From Alphaproteobacteria bacterium (GTDB lineage: Bacteria > Pseudomonadota > Alphaproteobacteria > Rs-D84), in the NCBI GenBank assembly GCA_017472065.1, contig JAFURB010000017.1, positions 5,887 to 69,886 of the forward strand: 64,000 nt of DNA. The letters are read 5' to 3'. Below, piece after piece: positions 28,464-37,631 of the stretch (positions within the stretch are counted from its first letter, which is position 1; every line of letters begins with the position of its first letter). A model generated the notes under the pieces. The model did not search any database. It worked only from the letters and a program-made list of their open reading frames with translations, and had not been told where the DNA came from. A program made the position numbers and the translations under genes.

Positions 28464-28832
28464 ATGCCACGTATATGTAAAGTTACAGGTAAGAAAACAG
28501 AAGTTGGGATGAACGTTTCTCACTCTGAACGTCATACAAAACGTACATTCTTGCCAAATCTGCAAAAATTAAAGTTCCACAGTGAAATCTTGGGCCGTGA
28601 TTTTTCATTGCGTATTTCGACCGCTGGTCTGCGTACATTGACAAAGCATGGCGGTTTGGACGGTTATGTAATGTCTAAACCAGTTTCCCGTTTGACAGAC
28701 GAAATGGCTGCAATCAAGAAAGCCATTGAAAAGAAAATTGGCAAAGCGGAAAAACCAGCCAAAAAACCAGCGCACAAAGCGAATCGCAGTGCACGCCTGG
28801 TAAAAAAAGTTGAAGCAAAGAAAGCCGCTTAA
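28464..28832 (+). CDS. rpmB: 50S ribosomal protein L28 with K/A-rich C-terminal extension
   Basis: MPRICKVTGKKTEVGMNVSHSERHTKRTFLPNLQ. Confidence 0.9.
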   Translation: MPRICKVTGKKTEVGMNVSHSERHTKRTFLPNLQKLKFHSEILGRDFSLRISTAGLRTLTKHGGLDGYVMSKPVSRLTDEMAAIKKAIEKKIGKAEKPAKKPAHKANRSARLVKKVEAKKAA

Positions 28833-28854
28833 ATTTTGCGACTTTTGATGTGAC

Positions 28855-28939
28855 GGCCCCGTGGCGGAATTGGTAGACGCGCTTGACTCAAAATCAAGTT
28901 CAGCAATGAGTGTCGGTTCGAGTCCGACCAGGGCCACCA
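28855..28939 (+). tRNA. tRNA-Leu (CAA)
   Basis: GGCGGAATTGGTAGACGC D-arm, anticodon loop CTCAAAA, long variable arm, CGGTTCGAGTCCGAC T-arm, encoded CCA. One C-A mismatch in the acceptor stem. Confidence 0.85.
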
Positions 28940-28945
28940 GATAAA

Positions 28946-28976
28946 TAAAAAATATCCCCTTGTGGGATATTTTTTA
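28946..28976 (+). terminator. intrinsic terminator after tRNA-Leu
   Basis: atatccc-cttgt-gggatat followed by T6. Confidence 0.7.
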
Positions 28977-29036
28977 TTTATATTGTCATTTCTGGGCGGA
29001 CGAAGAACCGACCGGTTAGGGGCCGTCAACAACCAT

Positions 29037-29062
29037 ATAAAAAAACCGCCCAAAAGGGCGGG
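29037..29062 (-). terminator. intrinsic terminator of the TM2-domain gene
   Basis: ccgccc-aaaa-gggcgg with the T-tract on the minus strand. Confidence 0.7.
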
Positions 29063-29067
29063 ATTGT

Positions 29068-29379
29068 TTATCTAAATATCTTTTTCGGTTCATTAATATT
29101 AACAATACCAACAATAAAGTCTATCAATGCCCAGATGCAAACAATAATACCTGGAATTATTAACAACCACCCAATTGTCCCCATCAATAACATCGCAACA
29201 CCTTCGCCGGAACGGCCCGCATAGAATTTATGCACACCCCATGTCCCCAAGAAAAACGCCAGCAAAACATACGCAACCATTGACTTTTCCGAACTTGCCC
29301 CCTGGTACCCACATTTTGGGCATGCCTTGGCCCGATCTGAATGTTTTGCACCACAATCACGACAGTAAATCATCGCCAT
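29068..29379 (-). CDS. TM2 domain membrane protein with N-terminal zinc-ribbon
   Basis: CRDCG...CPKCG zinc ribbon, then GTWGVHKFYAGRSGEG TM2 signature. ATG 29379 has an AAGGA RBS. Confidence 0.75.
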   Translation of the reverse strand: MAMIYCRDCGAKHSDRAKACPKCGYQGASSEKSMVAYVLLAFFLGTWGVHKFYAGRSGEGVAMLLMGTIGWLLIIPGIIVCIWALIDFIVGIVNINEPKKIFR

Positions 29380-29439
29380 ATCAAAATCCTTTTTGTTAAA
29401 AACATACAAATTATAACCTAAATCCGTCTTTAATCCTAC

Positions 29440-29468
29440 AAAAAAATCCCCCGATTGGGGGATTTTTC
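29440..29468. terminator. bidirectional intrinsic terminator downstream of rpsU
   Basis: A6-atccccc-gatt-gggggat-T5. Confidence 0.7.
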
Positions 29469-29472
29469 TGAA

Positions 29473-29679
29473 TTAGAATCCGAAAACCATACGCTGTTTC
29501 GATTGACGTTTCTTTTCGTTGCGAACGGCTTCTTCCTTCAAACGTTTGCGTTTTGTTGTTGGTTTTTCATAACGCTGACGTTCCTTCATTTCGCGGTACA
29601 GACCCTCTTTCTGAGATTTACGTTTTGCAACGCGCAGTGCCTGTTCAACGTTATTATCGCGAACCAGAACTTTCACCAT
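29473..29679 (-). CDS. rpsU: 30S ribosomal protein S21
   Basis: [41 protein letters not shown]. Confidence 0.9.
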   Translation of the reverse strand: MVKVLVRDNNVEQALRVAKRKSQKEGLYREMKERQRYEKPTTKRKRLKEEAVRNEKKRQSKQRMVFGF

Positions 29680-29754
29680 ATGTATTCACCCCCTTTAACG
29701 CATTTTTTTGTTTTTATTGTAAAAGGGGATTTACATCCCCCTTTCCCTTTGTCT

Positions 29755-29830
29755 TGGTGGAGCCAATCAGACTCGAACTGACGACCCCCTGCTTGCAAAG
29801 CAGGTGCTCTACCAACTGAGCTATGACCCC
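29755..29830 (-). tRNA. tRNA-Ala (UGC)
   Basis: GGGGTCATAGCTCAGTTGGTAGAGC, anticodon loop TTTGCAA, G3:U70 pair, encoded CCA. Confidence 0.9.
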
Positions 29831-29914
29831 AAAACTTTGCACTTTCTTTCCTGAAAGCGAACGAATTTTATACATTATTTACACAAATGTCAACAGAAAA
29901 TTGCACTTTATTTA

Positions 29915-29943
29915 TTGACAAATATTTTTTTGTCTCCTAGAAT
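29915..29943 (+). promoter_or_regulatory. sigma70-type promoter TTGACA-N17-TAGAAT
   Basis: The -10 element ends 9 nt before ATG 29953, giving a near-leaderless transcript. Confidence 0.5.
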
Positions 29944-29952
29944 TACAACATT

Positions 29953-30903
29953 ATGCATTCAAGATATCAAATTCCGGCAAATTTTTACGAACTTTTGCCA
30001 GAATTAAAAGATAAAACTTTTAAGTGGCGCCTGGAATACAGTTCGCGTTCCGAAAACGCGACCATTGGCTATATTACCCATTATAGCCCCATTATGGACA
30101 ATGATAAAAAGCCCAACGGAAATATTATATTGGCACCGGGCCTGGCCAGCAATGCCGACATTGAACCAATGCAGTCTATTACATATTGGGCATTAACCAA
30201 ACGGTTCAATGTGTATGCAATAACGACCTTTCTGGGTGATTTCAAGCCTGAAATCACACATGAATTGGCCACACAAAATACATTTTCAGAATTTATCACC
30301 CTTATGGATATGGGCATCGATATTATCGAAGAACAATGTCACAATCAATGGACATGCCTTATTGGTCATTCTGTTGGTGCCACGGGTGCAATTGAAATAT
30401 TCAACAAGCGTATCAAGGATAAAAAGTCACCGCGTCTGTCCGCTGTAATTCTATTTGCACCATACACAACACCCCAATGGCACGAATATATAAAATCAGT
30501 TTATAAAAATCGCAACTGTCCCCCGGACATAACCGACCAAGAATTTAATAAAACACCAATGGGAATAATCAGCCCACACGACATTTGGTACAGCAAACAA
30601 AAACGCCACATAACAATATATCCAACATTTTACGACGATGCAGACAATGCAGAATTCAGGCCAGATTTAATGGCGCAATATAATGTTCCGTTTACAATTG
30701 TGGGTGGCGGCCGCGATAAAAAGTCCCCTGTGGAAATGCTACGCAATATTCACAGCACCCTGGCATCTGGTCCAAACGGACATTTATTCAAATATGTTGA
30801 ATTTCCAAACAGCAAACACTCGTTCATTGACCAGCATCGCGATTATAATGCGATAATAAACCTAATCAAATCCCAGCACATAAAAAAGCCACGCACCAAA
30901 TAA
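29953..30903 (+). CDS. alpha/beta hydrolase
   Basis: Nucleophile elbow LIGHSVGATG (G-H-S-x-G); size 316 aa. Confidence 0.7.
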   Translation: MHSRYQIPANFYELLPELKDKTFKWRLEYSSRSENATIGYITHYSPIMDNDKKPNGNIILAPGLASNADIEPMQSITYWALTKRFNVYAITTFLGDFKPEITHELATQNTFSEFITLMDMGIDIIEEQCHNQWTCLIGHSVGATGAIEIFNKRIKDKKSPRLSAVILFAPYTTPQWHEYIKSVYKNRNCPPDITDQEFNKTPMGIISPHDIWYSKQKRHITIYPTFYDDADNAEFRPDLMAQYNVPFTIVGGGRDKKSPVEMLRNIHSTLASGPNGHLFKYVEFPNSKHSFIDQHRDYNAIINLIKSQHIKKPRTK

Positions 30904-30944
30904 CACTGGACAGATTTTTACCCACAACCTATAATAGAATCACT

Positions 30945-32774
30945 ATGGCAAAGAAAAAAAATTTTATTGAAAAGATTAAATCTTTAATCAAAGGTGACCG
31001 TGACAACGGTCGCATTAAATGGTCTCTTTATGGTCGTGTATGGCGTGAAATCGGTCAACCATATCTGAAATGGTTAATCGCGGGCGTTATATTTACTATT
31101 CTTGCCGCCAGTGCCGAGGCATACACCATCACCTTGGTTCAACAGGTGGTGGACCAGGCATTTATTAACAAAAGCATGACCGCTATTTATTTCCTGGGGG
31201 CCCAGGTAATTATCGCATTTGGTGCCAAGGGCGCATTTACATATGCCAAGGCCCTGATTATGTCCAAGGGCGGACTGTTGGCACATGCCAATCTGCAGAA
31301 AAAGATTTACAATCACATGACACACATGAATCTGGCACGGTTCTATGGCGATGGGATTGGAAAAAATCTGAACTATTTTACAGTACAATCAAATGCGGTA
31401 TTAAGTTTGGTAACCAGCACTGTTATCAAGGTGGTTCAAAATGTCGCAACATTGGCCATGACATTGGCATTGATGTTCTATTATGCCCCCCAGATGTGCG
31501 TGGTGTTACTGTTTCTAACACCTGCAATTATGATACCAATGGTGTTAATTATGCGTAAACGTCGCAAATTATCCCGTCAATCATTTGGTATTGCAAATGA
31601 TGTCGCCCAACAATTAAACCAAACATTACACGGCATCAAAACGATCCAGGCATTTGCCAACGAAGAACGCGAAGCCAAAAATTTTGAAACAGTACTGAAC
31701 AATTCTGTTGTTAATTCATATAAAAGCACCCAGGCCAATTCACTGCGTTCACCATTAATGGAATTTATGATTTCAATCGGACTGTGCATTGCAATGATTA
31801 TGGGTGGACATTTTATTGCCAGTGGTGCCATAACAACCGGTGATTTCACAGCATTTTTATTGGCATTAACCGCGGCATACAAACCTGCAAAAAGCATCAC
31901 CAACACCGGCGATACATTACAGCACGGATTACTGGCCGCAGAAATATTGTTCGCATTTCTGGACAGCAAACCAGACATCACCGATGCCGATGACGCCATT
32001 GAATTAAAATCACAAAAATTATCTGTGGCATTTGACAATGTATCGTTTGAATACAACCCCGGTGAACCTGTACTGCAAAACATCAATCTAAATATCCCGG
32101 CGGGTCGGGTATGCGCCCTGGTTGGTCCATCGGGTGGTGGAAAAACAACAATGTTTAACCTGTTGGAACGGTTCTATGAACCACAATTTGGTAAAATTAC
32201 AATCAACCGTCGCGACATTCGCAAATACACACTGAAGTCACTGCGTCAAAACATAGCCGAAGTTTCCCAGGATGTATTCTTGTTCAATGGCACAATTGCC
32301 GACAATATAAAATACGGCCATGCCGACGCAACCGATGAAATGGTAATGGCGGCGGCCCGTGCCGCCAACGCACACGATTTCATCATGGAATTCCCAGATG
32401 GGTACAACACATGTGTTGGGGAACGCGGCGGTCTGCTATCTGGCGGTCAAAAACAGCGAATCGCAATCGCCCGTGCAATATTAAAAGATGCACCAATCCT
32501 GTTACTGGACGAAGCAACATCCGCACTGGACACACAAAGTGAAAAATTAATCCAAGGCGCATTAAAAGATTTAATGCATGGTCGCACAACATTTGTGATT
32601 GCCCACCGTCTGTCCACGATTTTAGATGCCGACATAATCTGTGTAATCAAAGACGGTCGTATCGTCGAAATGGGAACGGATGCCGAATTGTGCGCGCTGG
32701 ACGGGGAATACAAACGTCTGCGTGATATTCAGTTCAAAACCAAATCAACAAAACGCGCACAGTCCAAGAAATAA
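30945..32774 (+). CDS. ABC transporter permease/ATPase, MsbA-like exporter
   Basis: Six-TM N-terminal half. Walker A GPSGGGKTT, signature LSGGQKQRIAIARA, Walker B ILLLDEATSALD. Confidence 0.85.
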   Translation: MAKKKNFIEKIKSLIKGDRDNGRIKWSLYGRVWREIGQPYLKWLIAGVIFTILAASAEAYTITLVQQVVDQAFINKSMTAIYFLGAQVIIAFGAKGAFTYAKALIMSKGGLLAHANLQKKIYNHMTHMNLARFYGDGIGKNLNYFTVQSNAVLSLVTSTVIKVVQNVATLAMTLALMFYYAPQMCVVLLFLTPAIMIPMVLIMRKRRKLSRQSFGIANDVAQQLNQTLHGIKTIQAFANEEREAKNFETVLNNSVVNSYKSTQANSLRSPLMEFMISIGLCIAMIMGGHFIASGAITTGDFTAFLLALTAAYKPAKSITNTGDTLQHGLLAAEILFAFLDSKPDITDADDAIELKSQKLSVAFDNVSFEYNPGEPVLQNINLNIPAGRVCALVGPSGGGKTTMFNLLERFYEPQFGKITINRRDIRKYTLKSLRQNIAEVSQDVFLFNGTIADNIKYGHADATDEMVMAAARAANAHDFIMEFPDGYNTCVGERGGLLSGGQKQRIAIARAILKDAPILLLDEATSALDTQSEKLIQGALKDLMHGRTTFVIAHRLSTILDADIICVIKDGRIVEMGTDAELCALDGEYKRLRDIQFKTKSTKRAQSKK

Positions 32775-32789
32775 AATTGATATGTCCCA

Positions 32790-33161
32790 ATGATAAAGCA
32801 ATTAACCGAACACGACATATGCGAAATGATTGGATGCGAATTTTCACCTGATGAAAATTCCACCCGAAGACGCGTGCGTTCTGAACTGCATTTATCCACA
32901 CGGATTCCACACACCGCCCCCACCCCACCAAATCACGCAACACTAGACCTGCATCAATATACCGAAGAACAAGCCTGGTCGGCAATAATGGAATTAGCAA
33001 CATCTGGTACACGCACCGCAAACATCATCACCGGGGCCAGTGGCATACTGCGCCAAAAATTTCCACAATGGGCAACCAACAGCATTCTGGCCCCATATAT
33101 AGTATCTTTTTCACCCATTAATAACGGCAGTTTTTCTGTAAAATTCAAAAAGCACCCCTAG
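32790..33161 (+). CDS. Smr domain protein
   Basis: LDLHQYTEEQAWSAI...NIITGASGILRQ resembles the Smr/MutS2 C-terminal domain. Confidence 0.6.
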   Translation: MIKQLTEHDICEMIGCEFSPDENSTRRRVRSELHLSTRIPHTAPTPPNHATLDLHQYTEEQAWSAIMELATSGTRTANIITGASGILRQKFPQWATNSILAPYIVSFSPINNGSFSVKFKKHP

Positions 33162-34189
33162 TACGACGAACACCACCCCGTACATCCCGGGAAATTTTCT
33201 TGTAGTGCCTGGTTATCCCCTGCAAATGGTTTTAAGCGCTTGCTGGTGATACCAGATTTGAAACAATAATTTGCGCCCAAATAATTTGTACCACGCGTTG
33301 ATGCGGCAACCGCGGAATTTGAATCAACAATCGGTGCAACATATGCCCCCAGTGGATCCACCTTAATATCGTCAAAACGCAATTCATAATGCAGATGTGC
33401 GCCACCACTGTTCCCGGTATTTCCAGCCTTGCCAATTAATTGTCCCTGGGAAACCTGTTGACCCTTTTTTACATCTATTTTGCTAAGGTGTGCGTACACG
33501 GTCGTCGCTGTTTTATCCGTACTGCTGAACGCGTGTTGAATTTTTACCACATTTCCATACCCACCATTTTTGCCAGCTTCTATAACAACCCCGTCGGCGG
33601 TGGCATATAATGGTGTCCCCTGTGATGCCTTGATATCCAGTCCCCTATGATACCTTGACCCCGTTCCATTTGATGTCCGCGGTGGTCTTCTTTCGCCGAA
33701 ATCAGAACCAACCTTAACATTGCCACCAACAGGTGGTCTAAAAAATGTACTGACAGCCGAACCTGGTGCTGTTGTCTGGGGCACAGATTGTGCCGGTGGT
33801 CGTTGCGGTAATGTTATACCACCTGCCAATGGTGGTGTCTGTTGATTTGTTGTGGCGGGCTGTGGTTGCGCGGGCTGTGGTTGTGATTGTGCCTGCACCT
33901 GCTGTTCTTGTACAATTGCCTGTTGCAGTTGATTTGATGCCTGGGCCATTAATTGTTCTTCTTCGGCCAATGTAATTCCCTGATATGCACATCCTGAAAC
34001 GCATCGACCATTTTCATCGTATTCCACACCAACATCATCATATCCATCGGCTAAAACCTCTAGTCTGCTGGTAAAAGATAAATCAGAAAAAGTACCTGGA
34101 AATTTCTGTGCCTGCAGAAATCCCGCCGCCCCAGCATTTTCAACCATTAAATAAATCGTCGGTAAAAATAGCGCGCCATACCACTTCAT
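33158..34189 (-). CDS. M23 family metallopeptidase with Q/P-rich linker
   Basis: HRGLDIKASQGTPLYATADGVV and GNSGGAHLHYELR; signal peptide. Confidence 0.85.
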   Translation of the reverse strand: MKWYGALFLPTIYLMVENAGAAGFLQAQKFPGTFSDLSFTSRLEVLADGYDDVGVEYDENGRCVSGCAYQGITLAEEEQLMAQASNQLQQAIVQEQQVQAQSQPQPAQPQPATTNQQTPPLAGGITLPQRPPAQSVPQTTAPGSAVSTFFRPPVGGNVKVGSDFGERRPPRTSNGTGSRYHRGLDIKASQGTPLYATADGVVIEAGKNGGYGNVVKIQHAFSSTDKTATTVYAHLSKIDVKKGQQVSQGQLIGKAGNTGNSGGAHLHYELRFDDIKVDPLGAYVAPIVDSNSAVAASTRGTNYLGANYCFKSGITSKRLKPFAGDNQALQENFPGCTGWCSSY

Positions 34190-34219
34190 AAATGAAAGTA
34201 TATCATAAAAAACGCTTAA

Positions 34220-35332
34220 TTAAAAAATAACTTTGACATTAAATGCCGCGGTCTGGGCCAGATAGTCTGAACGCACATCTAATTTATATTCCAACCCCAT
34301 GCCCAAGAAACTATAAAACACATCTAACCCCACTGCCCCCGACAAAGAAAATTCACTTGGGGTTACAATTGGTATCATATATTGTCCACCCCCGACAACA
34401 TTTACATGCATATCATCGGTACCATTGCTGATAAAATCGTATCCCGCCCCCATGGAAATCCGCGGTCGCAGTGCAAACCCCAGGCTAACAAAATCCGCTG
34501 CCATATGGGCGCGCGCACCAACCGTCATTGTATTATACCACCACCGTCCAAATTCCTGGGCGGCATCATCGGTATGCTTTTCAGACATAATTCGTGAATA
34601 TCGCATAAACAATTGCGGAACAACACTAAATCTATTTCGACGCATTTGAATCCCGGTATTTATTTGCCCGGATATAAAGTCAACATCATATGCCGCCGAA
34701 TTTTCCACCCCGGCGATTACCTTGTCTAATTCCCAGTTTATCCGCCCACCATTTATCCCCACATTAATAAAAGCACCCGATTTACCCATGTATTTAGAAA
34801 ACAATGTCACACTGTTGCCTGTACCATCAACATCAACAACCGTATCCCGGCTGTTCAAATCAGAATATGTGTACGACATCCCAATGGCCAAACCATCACT
34901 GACAAATCCATACCCATGCATGGATGCGCCCTGACGACGCATTTTGAAAAAGTCATTATTGTTTGAATCAAACTTGTCATATACGGCAAAAACATCTGCA
35001 TCCAGATTAATTGGTGCCGCCCTTTCCCGCCGTCCTGGCAACGGCACATTAACCGCATCATATGAATTAGAAATCATTGACAGTGTTTCAAACATATTCA
35101 TACCGGTATCATTGTATGCCAACTGCGACACCATATTGTAAAAAGCCCCAATATTATTTTCCCGTGCATCATCGATATTGGCGGCAATTACCGCCCCTGT
35201 GACTGATTTAGACAACACATCTCCCCATGCATTTTGTGCGGCAACCAGATATTCGCGCCCCGCCCATGCGTTACCATCACCAATCAGAACACATCCGGCC
35301 CCAACCACAAAAAATTTACAGAATTTTTTCAT
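34220..35332 (-). CDS. autotransporter-type outer-membrane beta-barrel protein (short passenger)
   Basis: Signal peptide MKKFCKFFVVGAGCVLIGDGNAWA. Beta-domain-like strands. Ends AAFNVKVIF. Confidence 0.7.
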   Translation of the reverse strand: MKKFCKFFVVGAGCVLIGDGNAWAGREYLVAAQNAWGDVLSKSVTGAVIAANIDDARENNIGAFYNMVSQLAYNDTGMNMFETLSMISNSYDAVNVPLPGRRERAAPINLDADVFAVYDKFDSNNNDFFKMRRQGASMHGYGFVSDGLAIGMSYTYSDLNSRDTVVDVDGTGNSVTLFSKYMGKSGAFINVGINGGRINWELDKVIAGVENSAAYDVDFISGQINTGIQMRRNRFSVVPQLFMRYSRIMSEKHTDDAAQEFGRWWYNTMTVGARAHMAADFVSLGFALRPRISMGAGYDFISNGTDDMHVNVVGGGQYMIPIVTPSEFSLSGAVGLDVFYSFLGMGLEYKLDVRSDYLAQTAAFNVKVIF

Positions 35333-35419
35333 AACATATTCCAACTTTTTATGTTAATAATCATACCATCACGCATATATCACATGCACCAGGAACCATT
35401 TGCTAAGGGGATACAAACA

Positions 35420-36001
35420 ATGGCAACACTACATTTTCATTATGGCGTTATGAGCAGTTCTAAATCCGCCCGCCTAATTATCAATGCGTACAATTACAAT
35501 CAAAACGGCATCCAGACCCAGGTTATTAAACCATCATTTGACACACGATTTTCATCAGACACGGTCAAATCCCGGATTGGAATTGAAACACCGGCGATTG
35601 CCATGCCAAATTTAGATAATTTCACACCTGCGCCGAACACGCGTGTACTGCTGGTGGACGAAGTTCAGTTTTTTTCGCCATCTGATATTGATAAACTGGT
35701 TCGAATCGCCGACGACATGAATATCCCAGTTATGTGCTATGGTTTAATGAGTGACAGTAACGAACAAATGTTCCCTGCATCCAAACGGTTGATAGAGGTT
35801 GGTGCCGAATTACACCTGCACGAATCCAGTTGTCAAATAAATGGATGCATGGAATTGGCAACGCATCACCTGCGCTTTGACAAAGACGGCCACGTCATCC
35901 GCGCGGGCGATCAATTCGCCCTGGGGGATTCAAACTATAAATCCGTCTGCCGCGAACACTATAACATGCCGTACCACGGCATAGGTCAAAAAACCAAATA
36001 A
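35420..36001 (+). CDS. tdk: thymidine kinase (E. coli type)
   Basis: MATLHFHYGVMSSSKSARLI... aligns by eye to E. coli Tdk YYSAMNAGKST. C-terminal Cys cluster CQINGC...CREHY. The ORF-track start 35234 is rejected. Confidence 0.8.
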   Translation: MATLHFHYGVMSSSKSARLIINAYNYNQNGIQTQVIKPSFDTRFSSDTVKSRIGIETPAIAMPNLDNFTPAPNTRVLLVDEVQFFSPSDIDKLVRIADDMNIPVMCYGLMSDSNEQMFPASKRLIEVGAELHLHESSCQINGCMELATHHLRFDKDGHVIRAGDQFALGDSNYKSVCREHYNMPYHGIGQKTK

Positions 36002-36020
36002 CAAACACACAAATAAAAAA

Positions 36021-36040
36021 CCGACCAATTGGTCGGTTTC
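36021..36040 (+). terminator. intrinsic terminator after tdk
   Basis: ccgacc-aatt-ggtcgg followed by TTTC. Confidence 0.6.
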
Positions 36041-36047
36041 AAATTCG

Positions 36048-36124
36048 TGGCGCATCCAGAAGGATTCGAACCCTCAGTCTTCTGATCCGTAGTCAGATGC
36101 TTTATCCAGTTAAGCTATGGATGC
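36048..36124 (-). tRNA. tRNA-Arg (ACG)
   Basis: GCATCCATAGCTTAACTGGATAAAGC, anticodon loop CTACGGA, GGTTCGAATCC T-loop, encoded CCA. Confidence 0.9.
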
Positions 36125-36201
36125 AACGGATTGTTATTTTATATCATTTTATTCCAAATGCAAGCAAAAATAATATTTTTATACACATAAAAATTTTCAT
36201 A

Positions 36202-36230
36202 TTGAAAACTATTACATTTTTTAATAGCAT
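36202..36230 (+). promoter_or_regulatory. sigma70-type promoter TTGAAA-N17-TAGCAT
   Basis: Lies in an AT-rich spacer upstream of the structured leader. Confidence 0.4.
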
Positions 36231-36236
36231 TATTTA

Positions 36237-36466
36237 CGAACTAACAGGGATGTTGGTTCGGGGCCTTCATAAGCCCGGTTCATTCGGTGCGGTTTGCATC
36301 GTTAAGTCCGATTATGGTGCGGATTGCACCGTTATTTGCCCTGGCACACGTTGGTCGGGGGGCCGTTGGTATATATAATACGGGGAACCGAAAAACCAAC
36401 GGGATCAATAATGAACTGATTTTATGAACTCCCCGACCGCCAAGATTTTCCCTGGTGGTTTTTTTA
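36237..36466 (+). promoter_or_regulatory. candidate structured 5' leader / riboswitch-like RNA ending in an intrinsic terminator
   Basis: Nested helices ggtcgggg (36353..36360)/ccccgacc (36431..36438) and ccgttggt (36363..36370)/accaacgg (36395..36402). Twin hairpins ggtgcggtttgcatc and ggtgcggattgcacc. Terminator accgcca-N10-tggtggt followed by T7 (36436..36466). Confidence 0.45.
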
Positions 36467-36485
36467 TATACAACTGGGGGAAAAA

Positions 36486-37283
36486 ATGAAAAAAATAATA
36501 GCCACCATAGCCATGTGCGCCTTATCAAGTTCGGCGATTGCTGATTTTCTGACAGGCACAGATAATCGCTGTTTTATAGATACTAGCGGTTGGAACGAAT
36601 CTTGGTTTTGCGGTAAATCCGATGACAAATGTGCCGACAAAAAAGCGACTGGCGGGTACCGTAATCCGCATTATTTATATCACGGCGAATATTTTACAAA
36701 AGATTCGACCAGATATTATTGCTGCAACGGCACAACTGATGAAATCGGCAGATTTGTCAAAGCATCTAGCTTTAACAAAACAGAAACCATCACCGTACAA
36801 CTAGACGGTGGCGGAAAATGTAACTATAGCCGCAAAACAGACATTTGTGGCAATATCATCAAAGACGAGAAATGCACCACACCCGATAAATGCCCTGCCC
36901 AAACAATACTACGCAATGGACAATGTGTCACACCATGCATTGATGGATATGTATTTGAAAGCGCAACATTAAATCGATGTATTGAATGCCCAGATTCACA
37001 AACCCAAGGCATCCAAGGCATCGGCTATGACAAAAAATGCATACGATGTAAATCCACAGAAATCCTGAACAAAGATACATGGAAATGCGAAGATCCAGAA
37101 GCCCAAAAGAAACAATTACAAAAAGATGTTGCCACTGGTAAAAAAATAGCTATATCTCGTGGAATAATGGAACAGTGCTGGCAGTGCCCAGATTCTAATT
37201 TATATAAAGATTGTGTAAAAAGCCTGGCCAAACAGCAAGAACTATCAGATGCCATAAAAACAAAATGTAAAATCAGTGAATAA
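36486..37283 (+). CDS. secreted cysteine-rich protein (265 aa)
   Basis: Signal peptide MKKIIATIAMCALSSSAIA. GGGGGA RBS. Motifs CIECPDSQTQG, CIRCKSTE, CWQCPDSN. Confidence 0.75.
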   Translation: MKKIIATIAMCALSSSAIADFLTGTDNRCFIDTSGWNESWFCGKSDDKCADKKATGGYRNPHYLYHGEYFTKDSTRYYCCNGTTDEIGRFVKASSFNKTETITVQLDGGGKCNYSRKTDICGNIIKDEKCTTPDKCPAQTILRNGQCVTPCIDGYVFESATLNRCIECPDSQTQGIQGIGYDKKCIRCKSTEILNKDTWKCEDPEAQKKQLQKDVATGKKIAISRGIMEQCWQCPDSNLYKDCVKSLAKQQELSDAIKTKCKISE

Positions 37284-37290
37284 AAAATCC

Positions 37291-37326
37291 AAGGTCGGGT
37301 TCAAAATATGCCCGACCTTTTTTCTT
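37291..37326 (+). terminator. intrinsic terminator
   Basis: aaggtcggg-N11-cccgacctt followed by a T-tract. Confidence 0.7.
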
Positions 37327-37350
37327 TTGTTGAACACAAATAGATTTCTA

Positions 37351-37599
37351 TTACCGTACCAAATGTGGGCATTTGAATTGACTGATACAGCCCAACGCCC
37401 TGTCATACGATGCACAAATTGCACATGCCGATGACGGACTGCGAACCTCGGCCGAAACATCAGACATACTTGCCACATCTTGAGCAGCAGAATCTGCCGC
37501 CGCATCAACAGCCAGCGCACTATCCATTGCCGATCTGTGCCAAACCTTATTAGCGGCAACCGGCGCATTATCTTCGATAATATGACTTTCAATATACAT
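37351..37599 (-). CDS. small hypothetical protein (82 aa) with Cys-containing C-terminus
   Basis: AAGGA RBS 7 nt upstream of the ATG. Consensus promoter TTGACA-N16-TATATT on the minus strand (37632..37659). Confidence 0.5.
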   Translation of the reverse strand: MYIESHIIEDNAPVAANKVWHRSAMDSALAVDAAADSAAQDVASMSDVSAEVRSPSSACAICASYDRALGCISQFKCPHLVR

Positions 37600-37631
37600 A
37601 ATAAATCCTTTGTTTTATTTCTGTTGACAAA

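Noticed and set aside
28605-29053. Minus-strand ORFs 28605..28937 and 28829..29053
   Set aside because: They run antisense through rpmB, tRNA-Leu(CAA) and terminator hairpins. This is a typical tRNA-antisense artefact (…LVGLEPT…).
33158-33161. Convergent genes sharing a 4-nt palindromic stop overlap (CTAG here; TTAA at 50209..50212) with no terminator between them
   Set aside because: This is a curiosity of compact genomes with no evidence of function, so it is noted only.
36097-36378. Plus-strand ORF 36097..36378 (93 aa)
   Set aside because: It begins inside tRNA-Arg and crosses the AT-rich promoter region and the structured leader, with no RBS.
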